From Octopus sinensis (lineage: Eukaryota), in NCBI RefSeq assembly GCF_006345805.1, contig NC_042999.1, positions 42,532,001-42,596,000 of the forward strand: a stretch of 64,000 nt of DNA. The letters are read 5' to 3'. This document shows positions 24,894 through 37,907 of this stretch, piece after piece. The first letter of the stretch is position 1. Each line of letters begins with the position of its first letter. Below the pieces are notes generated by a model. It saw only the letters and a program-made list of their open reading frames with translations, made no database searches and had not been told where the DNA came from. Both the position numbers and the translations under genes were made by a program.

Positions 24894-27800
24894 TAGGCGC
24901 AGGAGTGGCTGTGTGGTAAGTAGCTTGCTTACCAACCACATGGTTCCGGGTTCATTCCCACTGCGTGGCACCTTGGGCAAGTGTCTTCTACTATAGCCTC
25001 GGGTCAACCAAAGCCTTGTGAGTGGATTTGGTAGACGGAAACTGAAATAAGCCCATCATATATATGTATATATATATCATCATCATCATCATCATCATTT
25101 AGCGTCCGTTTTCCATGCTAGCATGGGTTGGACGGTTCAACTGGGGTCTGGGGAGCCCGAAGGCTGCACCAGGCCAGTCAGATCTGGCAGTGTTTCTACA
25201 GCTGGATGCCCTTCCTAACGCCAACCACTCCGAGAGTGTAGTGGGTGATTTTATGTGCCACCGACACAGGTGCCAGACGAGGCTGGCGAACGGCCACGCT
25301 CGGATGGTGTTTTTATGTGCCACCGACACAGGTGCCAGACGAGGCTGGCAGACGGCCACGCTCGGATGGTGTTTTTATGTGCCACCGACACAGGTGCCAG
25401 ATGAGGCTGGCGGACGGCCACGATCGGATGGTGTTTGTTACGTCCCCAAGCACGGAGGCCAGTCTATGCGGTACTGGCTACGGCCACGTTCGGATGATTT
25501 TCTTGTGTGCCACCGGCACTGGTACCACAAAGATACAAATTCCATTGATGTTCATCTATTTTGATTTGTTTTGATTGATTTTGATTTGATTTTCACTTGC
25601 CTCAACAGGTCTTCACAAGTGTCACAAGAAGGAAGGTATGCACAGGTGGACTGACTACGTCCCAGGTAGGGGCCACGGGTTATGGCCTGACTAGTCTTGC
25701 CGGGTCTTCGGATGGTGTTTTTATGTGCCACCGACACAGGTGCCAGATGAGGCTGGCGAACGGCCACGATCGGATGGTGTTTGTTACGTGCCCACAGCAC
25801 GGAGGCCAGTCGATGCGGTACTGGCTACGGCCACGTTCGGATGGTTTTCTTGTGTGCCACCGGCACTGGTACCACAAAGATACAAATTCCATTGATGTTC
25901 ATCCATTTTGATTTTGATTTGATTTTCACTTGCCTCAACAGGTCTTCACAGGTCTTCACAAGTGTCACAGGAAGGAAGGAAGGTATGCACAGGGACTGAC
26001 TACGTCCCAAGTAGGGGCCACGGGTTATGGCCTGACTAGTCTTGCCGGGTCTTCGGTTGGTGTTTTTATGTGCCACCGACACAGGTGCCAGATGAGGCTG
26101 GCGAACGGCCACGATCGGATGGTGTTTGTTATGTGCCCACGTCACAGAGGCCAGTCGATGCGGTACTGGCTACGGCCACGTTTGGATGGTTTTCTTGTGT
26201 GCCAACGGTACTGGTACCACAAAGATACAAATTCCATTGATGTTCATCTATTTTGATTTGGTTTGATTTGATTTGATTTGATTTTCACTTGCCTCAACTT
26301 GTCTACACAAGTGTCACACACTTGCCTCAACAGGTCTTCACAAGTGTCATAAGTAGGTGTCACACACTTGCCTCAACAGGTCTTCACAAGTGTCATAAGT
26401 AGGAAGGTATGCATAGGTGGACTGACTACAGGTGCCAGATGAGGCTGGCGAACGGCCACGATCAGATAGTGTTTGTTGTGCCCACAGCACGGAGGCCAGT
26501 CGATGCGGTACTGGCTACGGCCACGTTCGGATGGTTTTCTTGTGTGCCACCGGTACTGGAACCACAAAGATACAAATTCCATTGATGTTCATCTATTTTG
26601 ATTTGGATTGATTTGATTTTCACTTGCCTCAACAGGTCTTCACAAGTGTCACACACTTGCCTCAACAGGTCTCCACAAGTGTCACACACTTGCCTCTGCC
26701 TCAACAGGTCTTCACAAGTGTCACACACTTGCCTCAACAGGTCTTCACAAGTGTCATAAGAGGGAAGGTATGCACAGGTGGACGACTACGTCGCCGGGTC
26801 TTCGGATGGTGTCTTTATGTGCCACCGACACGGTGCCAGATGAGGCTGGCGAACGGCCACGATCGGATGGTGTGTGTTGTGCCCACAGCACGGAGGCCAG
26901 TCGATGCGGTACTGGCTACGGCCACGTTCGGATGGTTTTCTTGTGTGCCACCGGTACTGGAACCACAAAGATACAAATTCCATTGATGTTCATCTATTTT
27001 GATTTGGTTTGATTTTGATTTTCACTTGCCTCAATAGGTCTTTGCCTCAATAGGTCTTTGCCTCAACAGGTCTTCACAAGTGTCACACACTTGCCTCAAC
27101 AGGTCTCCACAAGTGTCACACACTTGCCTCTGCCTCAACAGGTCTTCACAAGTGTCACACACTTGCCTCAACAGGTCTTCACAAGTGTCATAAGAGGGAA
27201 GGTATGCACAGGTGGACTGACTACGTCGCCGGGTCTTCGGATGGTGTCTTTATGTGCCACCGACACAGGTGCCAGATGAGGCTGGCGAACGGCCACGATC
27301 GGATGGTGTTTGTTGTGCCCACAGCACGGAGGCCAGTCGATGCGGTACTGGCTACGGCCACGTTTGGGTGGTTTTCTTGTGTGCCACCGGCACTGGTACC
27401 ACAAAGAATACAATTCCACTGATGTTCATCTATTTTGATTTGTTTTGATTTGATTTTCACTTGCCTCAACAGGTCTTCATAAGTGTCACAAGAAGGAAGG
27501 TATGCACAGGAGGACTGACTATGTCCCAGGTTTGTGCGTCTGTGTTTGTCCCCACAACATCGCATGACAACCGATGGTGGTGTGTTTACGTCCCCGTCAC
27601 TTAGTGGTTTGGCAAAAAGAGACCGATAGAATAAGTACTGGGCTTACAAAGAATAAGTCCCGGGGTGGATTTGCTCGACTAAAGGCGGTGCTCCAGCATG
27701 GCCACAGTCAAATGACTGAAAAAAGTAAAAGAAAGAAAAAGAAAAGAAAAATATGTATGTGTGTGTATATGTTTGTGTTTCTGTGTTTGTCCCCCCAACA

Positions 27801-27972
27801 TCGCATGACAACCGATGCTGGTGTGTTTATGTCCCCATAACTTAGCGGTTTGGCAAAAGAGAGCCAATAGAATAAGTACTATAAGTGCTGGGGTCAATTT
27901 GCTCGACTAAAGGCGGTGCTCCAGCATGGTCGCAGTCAAATGACTGAAACAAGTAAAAGAGAAAGAGAAAGT
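24894..27972. repeat. Family A SINE split by a family C SINE that expanded into a higher-order satellite
   Basis: The A 5' half is 24894-25075. C (-) begins at 25080 and is followed by about six copies of a 300-430 bp unit to about 27530. The A 3' half is 27530-27740 and is duplicated at 27765-27972. Confidence 0.85.
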
Positions 27973-28731
27973 AGAGGAATCATAAACCATTTTTGAATTT
28001 TAATTTTAAAAGATGTTTTTTTTTGTATGTGCGAAGGTGGTGGTGGAGTGGGCAGATTTAAGATTAAAATTTTGGTAGGAAATAACTGAGTGGTTCAGAA
28101 GCTTGCTTTGCATTCATAGAGGTTCTTAGCATGGTTCCTATTTTATTGGGTAGTGTTTTATAGCAGAATATATAAGTATACTTTGTTAAAATACTCAGGT
28201 GAAAATTTGAATGTTTTATATGCCACCAGCATGAGGGCTAGTCAGGCGGTACTAGCATCGACTACACCCAAATGGTGCTTTGAAAAGCACCCAATACATT
28301 TTGGAGTGGTTGGCATTAGGAAGGGCATCCAGCTTGCAAGAACAGATTGCAGCCTGGTGCAACTTCCTGAGTTGCCGGTCCTCAGTCAAACCGTATAACC
28401 CATGGAAAGCAGGTGTTAAGTGATGATGACAATTATGATATATATATATAGTTCCACTGTGTGGCACCAAGAGCAAAAGTTTACTGCTATGGTCTCAGGC
28501 TGGCTAACCAATATCTCATGAATGAATTTGGCAGACAGAAACCATGTGAAAACCACATGTAAAAAAGTACCCAGTGCACTCTGTAAAGGGATTAACATCA
28601 GGAAGGGCATCTATTCAGAGAAACCAGGGCAGACAGTAGAGCATGGCCCAGTTTTCTGATTTACCAGCTCCTGTCAAACCATCCAAAATGGAAATTGGAC
28701 ATTAAATGATGATGATAAGAACACAGATCTC

Positions 28732-29083
28732 TCCATCCATCCATCAATCTATCTGTCTGTCTACCTGCCTATCCATCCATCCATCCATCCATCCATCCAT
28801 CCATCTGTCTACCTATCTATCTATCTATCTATCTATCTGTCTGTCTGTCTGTCTGTCTGTCTGCTTGCCTGCCTGCCTATCCATCCACCCACCCACCTAC
28901 CTATCTATCTATCTATCTGTCTATCTGCCTGTCTACCTATCTATCCATCCATCCACCCACCTACGTACCTATCTGTCTGTCTGCCTATCCACCCATCCAC
29001 CCACCCAGCTACCTACCTACCCATCTGTCTGTCTATCTGCCTGTCTGTCTGCCTGCTTGCCTGTCTGTCTGTTTGCCTGTCTG

Positions 29084-29139
<56 letters not shown>

Positions 29140-29160
29140 CCTGTCTATCTATGTCTGTCT
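28732..29160. repeat. Compound tetranucleotide microsatellite (ATCC/TCTA/TCTG/CCTG/ACCT)
   Basis: Directly visible. Confidence 0.95.
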
Positions 29161-30425
29161 GTGTTTGTGCGTGTAAACATGCATGTATGTTTGTCACTCT
29201 ATGCCCTTACACAAGACACTACTTACGCAGTAGTCAAGTTGTTAATTGTTTCTCTTTTACTTGTTGCAGTCATTAGAAAGCGACCATGCTGGGGCACCAC
29301 TTTAAAGCAATTTTGTCAAATAAATCAACTCCATTACTTATTTTTTTAAAAATTAAACCTGGTACTTATTCTATGGATCTCTTTTGCCAAACTGCTAAGT
29401 TTACATCCCACCATAAAAAAAAAAGTCTGCCAGCTCAGCAATTCAACATGCAAAAATATGGAATAATGTACCTTACTCACGAAACAAATAAAGGGTTAGC
29501 ATCAAGAAGGAAGGGTATCTGATGTAGAATACTACATGAAGATGTCTTTTCTAACTCATGCCATCATCAAAAAAGCAGAAGTAAAAACGACAACAGAGGT
29601 GATAGTGATGATGAGACAATGTCCACAAAGATGACAATGAGATGCTATTGATGATGATGATGATGATGATGAGAAAAGGTAAAATTTATTGAATCAACAG
29701 TAGTTGATTACCTGTCCTTATTTTATCAACTGCAGATGTATGAAAGGTAAAGTAAGACTTAGCAGGTCATGTTAACCCTTCAGCTTTTATAATGGCCATA
29801 TCCAATCAAATATTCCACCAGTTTTATGCTCAAACTGGCCAAATCTGACCTCCTGCACTTATTCCTACAACATCATTCTACTTAGAGACCTTGCTGGTGC
29901 CATGTAAAAAGCACCAAGTCCACTCTGTAAAGTGGTTGGCATTAGGAAGGGCACCCATCCATAAAAACCATGCTAAAAAAGATCTCACTGGTGCTGGTAC
30001 CACATTAAAAGCATTCTGTAAATTGGTTGGTATTAGAGAAGGCATCTAGCCACAAAAACCAAGCCAAAAGAAACCTCACTAGTGCTGGTGCCACATGAAA
30101 AAGTACCCAGTCCACTCGGTAAAGTGGTTGGCGTTAGTAAGGGCATCCATCCATGAAAACCAAACCAAAAGAAACCTCACCAGTGCTAATGCTATGTATA
30201 AAGCACCCAACATACTCTGTAAAGTGGTTGGTATTAAGAAGGGAATCCAGCCATAGATACCATGTCAAAACAGACAATGGAGTTTGGTGCCATCCTCTGG
30301 TTTACCAGCTCCTGTCAAAGCATCCAACCCATGCCAGTATGGAAGACAGACATTATGATGATGACGATGACACTGTTGAAATCTCAAAGCTACAAGATAA
30401 TGCATGATTAATTCAAAACAATGTG

Positions 30426-30787
30426 AACATGAGCACTCAGAGAGTGCAAACCTCCGCCAAGGCAGCACTAACATCCTCTCAACGATTAGCCAGAGATGAT
30501 TTTTAAAATGAGAATATCTGAAATAAACTCAACTGCTCTCACAAACGTGAATACTAAAAATGAACCCGATCACTCTCAAAGTTTAAGTAAATAAACAGTA
30601 AAAATAATCCAGAATCCTTGTCCGGTATTGGATTGATCCCAAAATCTAATCAGTTTGTGCCAGTCACAAGGCCAAATATCCCTGAAAGTTTCATTTGAAT
30701 CTATCCAGCAGTTCTTGAGATATATTGTCCACAGACAAACAAACAAACACAACTGAAAGCAATACTTCACTAAGGTGGAAGTAATAA
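30426..30787 (-). mobile_element. Helentron-associated-like element, second copy
   Basis: Reverse complement of the 9739-10112 family (gagcactcagagagtgcaaacctccgccaagg ... caaacaaacaaac ... taaggtggaagtaat). Confidence 0.55.
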
Positions 30788-31578
30788 ATAAGCATTACTT
30801 TTGATCGATAATCTGAATGCTAAAGAAGTAAACTTACAACAAGTCTCAAAGAAGAATAACCAACAAATTCAGTTTGACAAGGTATGTAAAAAGAGTTGGA
30901 GCAAATACCATGAGGTACCCCAGCTGAGACTCTAATGATTTCACTAATCCATTGCTCTAGTCTACTATTTCATTTTATCAACTCTAGAAGGAGGAAAAGC
31001 AAAGATAATCTCAGCTAGATTTGAAATCATGATGCAAAGAGCCAGAATATATAAATGTTGTGTTTAAGGTGAGTTATTTCTGCCAATTATTCAACACACA
31101 CACACACACAGGTCAGGTCAGAGATTTCATCACAGGCTGATGAGATCTGCAACTGGTACCATGTGAACTAGTACAATCTATTTCATGGTCAAGTGGTCAA
31201 TGACTAAACTGGCTCCTCCATTTGAGTAGCTTGCTACTCTTGTGAGGAGGGCGTCTGCTGGATATTCAGCAGGACTAAAAGCAACACCTATTGAAGACCC
31301 AATGAGTTCCTTAAGGGCCAGCAGCCATCCAGTGGGGGAAGGCTATGGCAAACCACCCACCCAATGTCTTTGCCAAAACACTATGAGAAAATCAGAACAA
31401 TGTAATGCTTTGGGAGAACTCATGCTTAACTGAGATTTTCAATGGCTTTAGGATGCTCGACCTTCCAGGTGAGATGACAAAGGACCAAGATGACTGGCAC
31501 CTTGCTGGATTCAAGAAGACTTATACTCAACAGCAAAAGTGTTAAGACTGGTCCCTCTGGTATTGTAAAATACTCATG

Positions 31579-32730
31579 GTGGTGCCACATAAAAGCACCT
31601 GTGTGGTTCCACATAAAAGTACCTGTGTGGTGCCTCATAAAAGCTCTTGTGTAGTGTCACTTAAAATCACCTGTGTAGTGCCACATAAAAGCACCTGTGT
31701 GGTGCTACATAAAAGCACCTGTATGGTTTCACATAAAAGCACCTGTGTGGTGCTACATAAAAGCACCTGTGTGTTTCCACATAAAAGCACCTGTGTGGTT
31801 TCACATAAAAGCACCTGTGTGGTTCCACATAAAAGTACCTGTGTGGTGCCTCATAAAAGCTCTTGTGTAGTGTCACTTAAAATCACCTATGTAGTGCCAC
31901 ATAAAAGCACCTGTGTGGTGCTACATAAAAGCACCTGTATGGTTTCACATAAAAGCACCTGTGTGGTTTCACATAAAAGCACCTGTGTGGTGGAACATAA
32001 AAGCACCTGTGTAGTGTCACATAAAATCACCCGTGTGGTGTCACATAAAAGCACCTGTGTGGTTTCACATAAAAGCACCTGTGTGGTGCCACATAAAAGC
32101 ACTTGTGTAGTGTCACATAAAAGCACCTGTGTGTTGCCACATAAAAGCACCTGTGTGTTGCCACATAAAAGCACCTGTGTGTTGGCACATAAAAGCACCT
32201 GTGTGGTTTCACATAAAAGCACCTGTGTGGTGGAACATAAAAGCACCTGTGTAGTGTCACATAAAATCACCCGTGTGGTGTCACATAAAAGCACCTGTGT
32301 GGTTTCACATAAAAGCACCTGTGTGGTACCACATAAAAGCACCTGTGTGGTGGAACATAAAAGCACCTGTGTGGTGACACATAAAAGCACCTGTGTAGTG
32401 TCACATAAAATCACCTGTGTGGTTTCACATAAAAGCACCTGTGTGGTTTCACATAAAAGCACCTGTGTGGTTTCACATAAAATCACCTGTGTGGTACCAC
32501 ATAAAAGCACCTGTGTGTTTCCACATAAAAGCACCTGTGTGGTGGAACATAAAAGCACCTGTGTAGTGTCACATAAAATCACCTGTGTGGTTTCACATAA
32601 AAGCACCTGTGTGGTTCCACATAAAATCACCTGTGTGGTTTCACATAAAAGCACCTGTGTGGTGGCACATAAAAGCACCTGTGTGGTGTCACATAAAAGC
32701 ACTTGTGTGGTTCCACATAAGAGCACCCAG
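31579..32730 (+). repeat. 24-bp minisatellite, 48 units, inside a family C SINE
   Basis: Unit gtggt(g/t)(c/t)cacataaaagcacctgt with no indels, running directly into the family C tail (cagtgcactctgtaagcagttggtgttaggaagg...gatgatgat). Confidence 0.95.
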
Positions 32731-33439
32731 TGCACTCTGTAAGCAGTTGGTGTTAGGAAGGGGCATCAAGCCATAGAGACCATGACAAATCAGATTGGAG
32801 TTTGATGCAGCTCTCCAGCATGCCAGCTTTCGTCAATCCATCCAACCCATGCCAGCATGGACAATGGACGTTAAATGATGATGATGATGATGATGATGTC
32901 ACAAACATACTACAAAAGTGTATCATATATGACACTGATGACACTGATATTATCTTGTTTATAATTTCATTGCTTTGTACATTTGTGCATTGGTAGAATT
33001 GTTAGAGCATTGCCATATCAGTCCTGACTCTTTAAGTTCTGTGTTCAAATCCTGCCACAGTCAATTTTGCTATTTATCTCTCCGGAAGTGATAAAATAGT
33101 GTTCCAATCATACTGGGGTTGATGTAACCAATTAAGCCCCCCTCTCTTCAAAATTACTGCTCTTCTGCCTAAATCAGAAACTGATTTCTTTGCTTTGTTA
33201 TTTCATATCTTTTAACTGTGACCATGCTGGGGCACCCCACTACTTTTTTTTAAAGCCTTGTATATATTCTGTCAACCCCTTTTGCTGAACTACTAAGTCA
33301 TGTGGTTATAAACAAGTTAACATCAGTTGTCAAGCAGTGGATAGGGATCAAACACACACACACACACACATTTTAATTAATGGTAGCCTTTCAAATCCAA
33401 GAAAGATGGTTTTGCAATTTCCTGTTAACAATCTAAATA

Positions 33440-33695
33440 AATAAATGCACCCATTTTTAAAGCCTAGTCAGGCTCATGGGCCCAGTTTCCCGGTTTCTAT
33501 GGCGTATGTGTTCCCCAGCTGGACGGGACGCCAGTCCATTGCAGCGTTACTCATTTTTGCCAGCTGAGTAGACTGGAGCAACGTGAAATGAAGTGTTTTG
33601 CTCAAGAACACAATGCATCACCCGGTCAAGGAATCGAAACCACAATCTTACAATTATGATGCTGACACCCTAACCACTAAGCCACGCACCTCCAT
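33440..33695 (-). mobile_element. SINE family E, full length with TSD
   Basis: The 12-bp direct repeat tgttaacaatct lies on both sides. Confidence 0.85.
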
Positions 33696-34184
33696 GTTAA
33701 CAATCTGCACAGATAATTTGTTTATAGTGATTGAATGATTGTGCAGCACATTAGCTCACTTCCTCCATCCAAATAGGCATTACCTGTACAGGTGCACAAG
33801 TATGGCACACATCAGATGTTGAAGGAATCGCAGAACAATTGTGTTCCGCACAAGAACACAACACTCTACTCAGTCCAAGAATTGAACTCACAAACTTACA
33901 ATCATAAGTGCACCACCACTACCACTAGGCCACATCACACACACACTTCCATACAGTTTCCTTCCACCAAATTCACTCATAAGGCATCGCTCAGCCCTGG
34001 GACTATAGAAGACACTTGCTCAAGGTACTGCACGATGAGATGGAACCTGAAATCATGTAGTTGCAAAACAAACATCTTAAACAAACAGTCATGCCTGCAT
34101 CTATAACAAAGTCCTTTGTCACATTCCTGTGACCTACTGTATGGTTCTCTGTCAAATCTGTAAAGTTAATAGGGTAATAAGGGT

Positions 34185-34318
34185 GAAGACCCCCTTTGGT
34201 CATGATTGGCCATGAGATTGCACATAGAATGTTCCCTTCTAAGTCACCTCGACTTGTGCCTTAGAGGGGAACATTCTATGTGCAATCTCATGGCCAATCA
34301 TGACCAAAGAGGGTCTTC
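34185..34318. repeat. 59-bp-arm fold-back inverted repeat of family F tail sequence
   Basis: Arms 34185-34243 and 34260-34318, 57/59 identical, 16-nt loop. Confidence 0.9.
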
Positions 34319-35152
34319 TCGTAGTGTTTTGGCAAAGACATTGGGTGGGTGGTTTGCCATAGCTTTCCCCCACTAAGGTTATTTATGGAAGACCAGTAGT
34401 TTCCTATGCATACCAGTCTCCCTTCTCCACACCACTGACATTATCCAAAGGAAAGGCAAGGGCTGATACAGCTTGGCACCAGTGATGTCACAACTCATTT
34501 CTACAGCTGAGTGAACTGGAGCAACATGGAATAAAGTGTTTTGCTCAAGAACACGACACAATGCCTGGTCCGAGAATTGAACTCACTACCTCATGATTGA
34601 GAGCTCGATGCTCTAACCACTGAGCCATTTGCCTTCATAAAGTTAATAATACTTTACAGTTAACTGTGTAACAGGTTTAAGGTAAAATCCATAGGCAGGA
34701 AATTAAGGTGCCAGACATCATAGATGAGAAGGTAGGAGGTCACAAAGTGAATTTGAAGTACAGACAAAATTCACTCCTGCTTTGGTATTGAGAGTAACAA
34801 ACAAATGAAATGTTAAGCTTTAACCACCACTAACTACTATTACTACTACCACTACCATCAACAATACTATCAATTTTAATATGAGCCAAAGCAGAGGACA
34901 TTAAGTGGTCACTTGCTATGCTAGAAATAGCAGCCAAATTTCACTGACCTTACATTCTATATTCATAAGCAAGACAGGACACATTAGATAATGTAGTCCT
35001 AGATATACTACATCTGAATCAAAACTGGCTGGTCATGGCTGGAATCTTTTTGCTAGTGAGATGGCTTGATATGCCAAGACCTGGAGCAAAATTACAGCAA
35101 CTTATTTGAATAAATAATCCAATACTCTAATGGACATTTGGCTAATGTGGAT

Positions 35153-35199
<47 letters not shown>

Positions 35200-36171
35200 G
35201 CTGGGGAAGCATATTAGAAACCCAATGAATGCTTGCCAGTGGCTAAGGTTATCACCTTGTCTCGTTTATTTTTGTTCTCACAAGCACCCATAGTTTTATG
35301 ACCTGACATTTTGCATTAGAAGTCATTGTCAAAATATGGCTGCAAAAGAGAAAAACTAAATAAAAAGTAAATTTTCTTCTGAAAGGGTCACAGGAGTCAG
35401 AACTTTCGTATAATAAAGTAATATATCATTCAGGGCCTCTAGCCAGTGGACAACAAACAGTTGTTGAAAGAGGTTCTTTTGTTCGGCTTTCCAACTTGTC
35501 AGACAGACCCAGCTAGACAAAGTTATGATGGATTACATACTATTAATCGAAAGTGAACAGAAACAAGCATGAGAGAGAGAGAGAGAGAGAGAGAGAGTTG
35601 TGTGTGAATGGTAAAGCTGGAAGTCTTCAAGTGGAATAGGAATCTATTTTGCTATAGTATGTGGAATGAGGAAAAAGAAAAAAAATTCGCAGGAAATAGT
35701 AACAAGTTTTAAGATGAAATGGAAGTAAGACACGACTGAAATAGTAAATTGGAAGTATGTAAGTTGGACAACGATTTCCAACAATTTTTCACAACAACGG
35801 CTGTTATTGCTCTGAAGTGCAAAATTGTTCTAACAAAGTAAGTGCCTGGCAGCAGAACAGATCAATTTGATAGATGAGTAACTAGCTTGGCAACAATGAA
35901 ATTCCATTTTGAACAAACAAAGGAACCAGTGGTATTAACGAAATCTTAATAGAGCATGTGATAAAGGTGCTAGATGGCAAAAGTAAAGAAATTGGGTTTG
36001 ATTTTATTTCTATTTATTATTTATTACTGAAATGGCAATGGAATGGCAGAAACTATAGAATGCCAAACTTAATACATACAATTCAGTATTTAGCTACAGT
36101 TCTTTACATTCATGTTCAAATCTTGCTGAGGTTAAACTTTGCCTTTTATCTCTCTAGGGTTGATAAGATGT

Positions 36172-36352
36172 AGGAATGGGTGTGTGGTAAGTAGCTTGCT
36201 TACAAACTACATGCTCCCGGGTTCAGTGCCAGTGCGTGGCACCTTGGACAAGTGTCTTCTACTTACTATAGCCTCGGGTTGACCAAAGCCTTGTCAGTGG
36301 ATTTGGTAGATGAAAACTGAAAGAAGCCTGTCGTATATATGTACATATATAT

Positions 36353-36416
<64 letters not shown>

Positions 36417-37122
36417 TGTGTGTGCATTTGTTTGTGCGTCTGTGTTTGTCCCCACAACATCGCTTGACAACTGATGCTGGTGTGTTTATATCGCCATAAC
36501 TTAGTGGTTCGGCAAAAGAGACCAATAGAATAAGTACTAGGCTTGCAAAGAATAAGTCCTGGGGTCGATTTGCTCGACTAAAGGTGGTGCTCCAGCATGG
36601 CCACAGTCAAATGACTGAAACAAGTAAAGGAGTAAAAGAGTAAAAATAAGCACCTGACAAAATACTTTCAGCAATAGAACTAACTTCACAGTTCCAAAAT
36701 GATTACTCTTTACTCTTTTACTCTTTTACTTGTTTCAGTCATTTGACTGCGGCCATGCTGGAGTACCACCTTTAGCCGAGCAAATCGACCCCAGGACTTA
36801 TTCTTTGTAAGCCTAGTATTTTTTCTATCGGATCTATTTTTGCTGAACCGCTAAGTTACAGGGACATAAACACACCAGCATCAGTTGTCAAGCGATGTTG
36901 TGGGGACAAACACAGATGCACAAACATATGCACACACATGCATATATATACATATACATATATACGATGGGCTTCTTTCAGTTTCCGTCTACCAAATCCA
37001 CTCACAAGGTTTTGTTGGCCCGAGGCTATAGTAGAAGGCACTCACCCAAGGTGCCATGCAGTGGGACTGAACCCGGAACCATGTGGCTGGTAAGCAAACT
37101 ACTTATCACACAGCCACTCCTG
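36172..37122. mobile_element. Two family A SINEs tail-to-tail (+ then -)
   Basis: 36172-36645 (+) and 36705-37122 (-), both near full length. Confidence 0.85.
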
Positions 37123-37874
37123 TAGCCTTTTTACCAAAGGTAGATATTATTAATTGTGAGAATTAAGGTAGCAAGCTGGCAGAATCATTAGCACAGTGGA
37201 CAAAATGCTTAGCAGTATTTCATCCCTAGTCATGTTCTAAGTTCAAATTTTGCTGAGGGTAACTTTGCCTTTTATCCTTTCAAGGTCAATAAATTAAATG
37301 CTAGTTGAGTATTGGGGTTGATGTTATCAACTTGTCCCCTCCCACAAAATTTCAGGTCATGTTCCTATAATAAAAAGGATTATTAATACTGAGAATTCTA
37401 AGATCCTGTTGAGGCAAGTAAAATCGAAATCAAATTCGATGACTGGCATCCGTGCTGGTGGAGCGCTAAGAGCACCATCCGAGCGTGATCGTTGCCAGAG
37501 CAACAAACTGGCTTCCATGCCAGTGGTACATAAAAAGCACCATTCAAGCACGATTGTTACCTGCGTCACCTTACTGGCACTTGTGCTGGTGGCACGTGAA
37601 AAAATATTCAAGCAAGGTCGTTGCCAGTGCCACTGGACTGGCTCCTGTGCAGGTGGCACGTCAAAAACACCATTTGAGCGTAGCCGTTGCCAGTACTGCC
37701 TGACTGGCCCTCGTGCCGGTGGCATGTAAAAGCACCCACTACACTCTCGGGGTGGTTGGTGTTAGGGAGGGCATCCAGCTGTAGAAACTCTGCCAGATCA
37801 GATGCAGCCATCTGGTTCACCAGTCCTCAGTAAAACCGTCCAACCCATGCTAGCATGGAAAGTGGACATTAAAC

Positions 37875-37907
<33 letters not shown>

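Noticed and set aside
31579-32730. CRISPR-like appearance of the 24-bp array, and of the 31-bp units near 26300-27190
   Set aside because: The units are contiguous with no unique spacers, there are no cas genes, and the context is eukaryotic.
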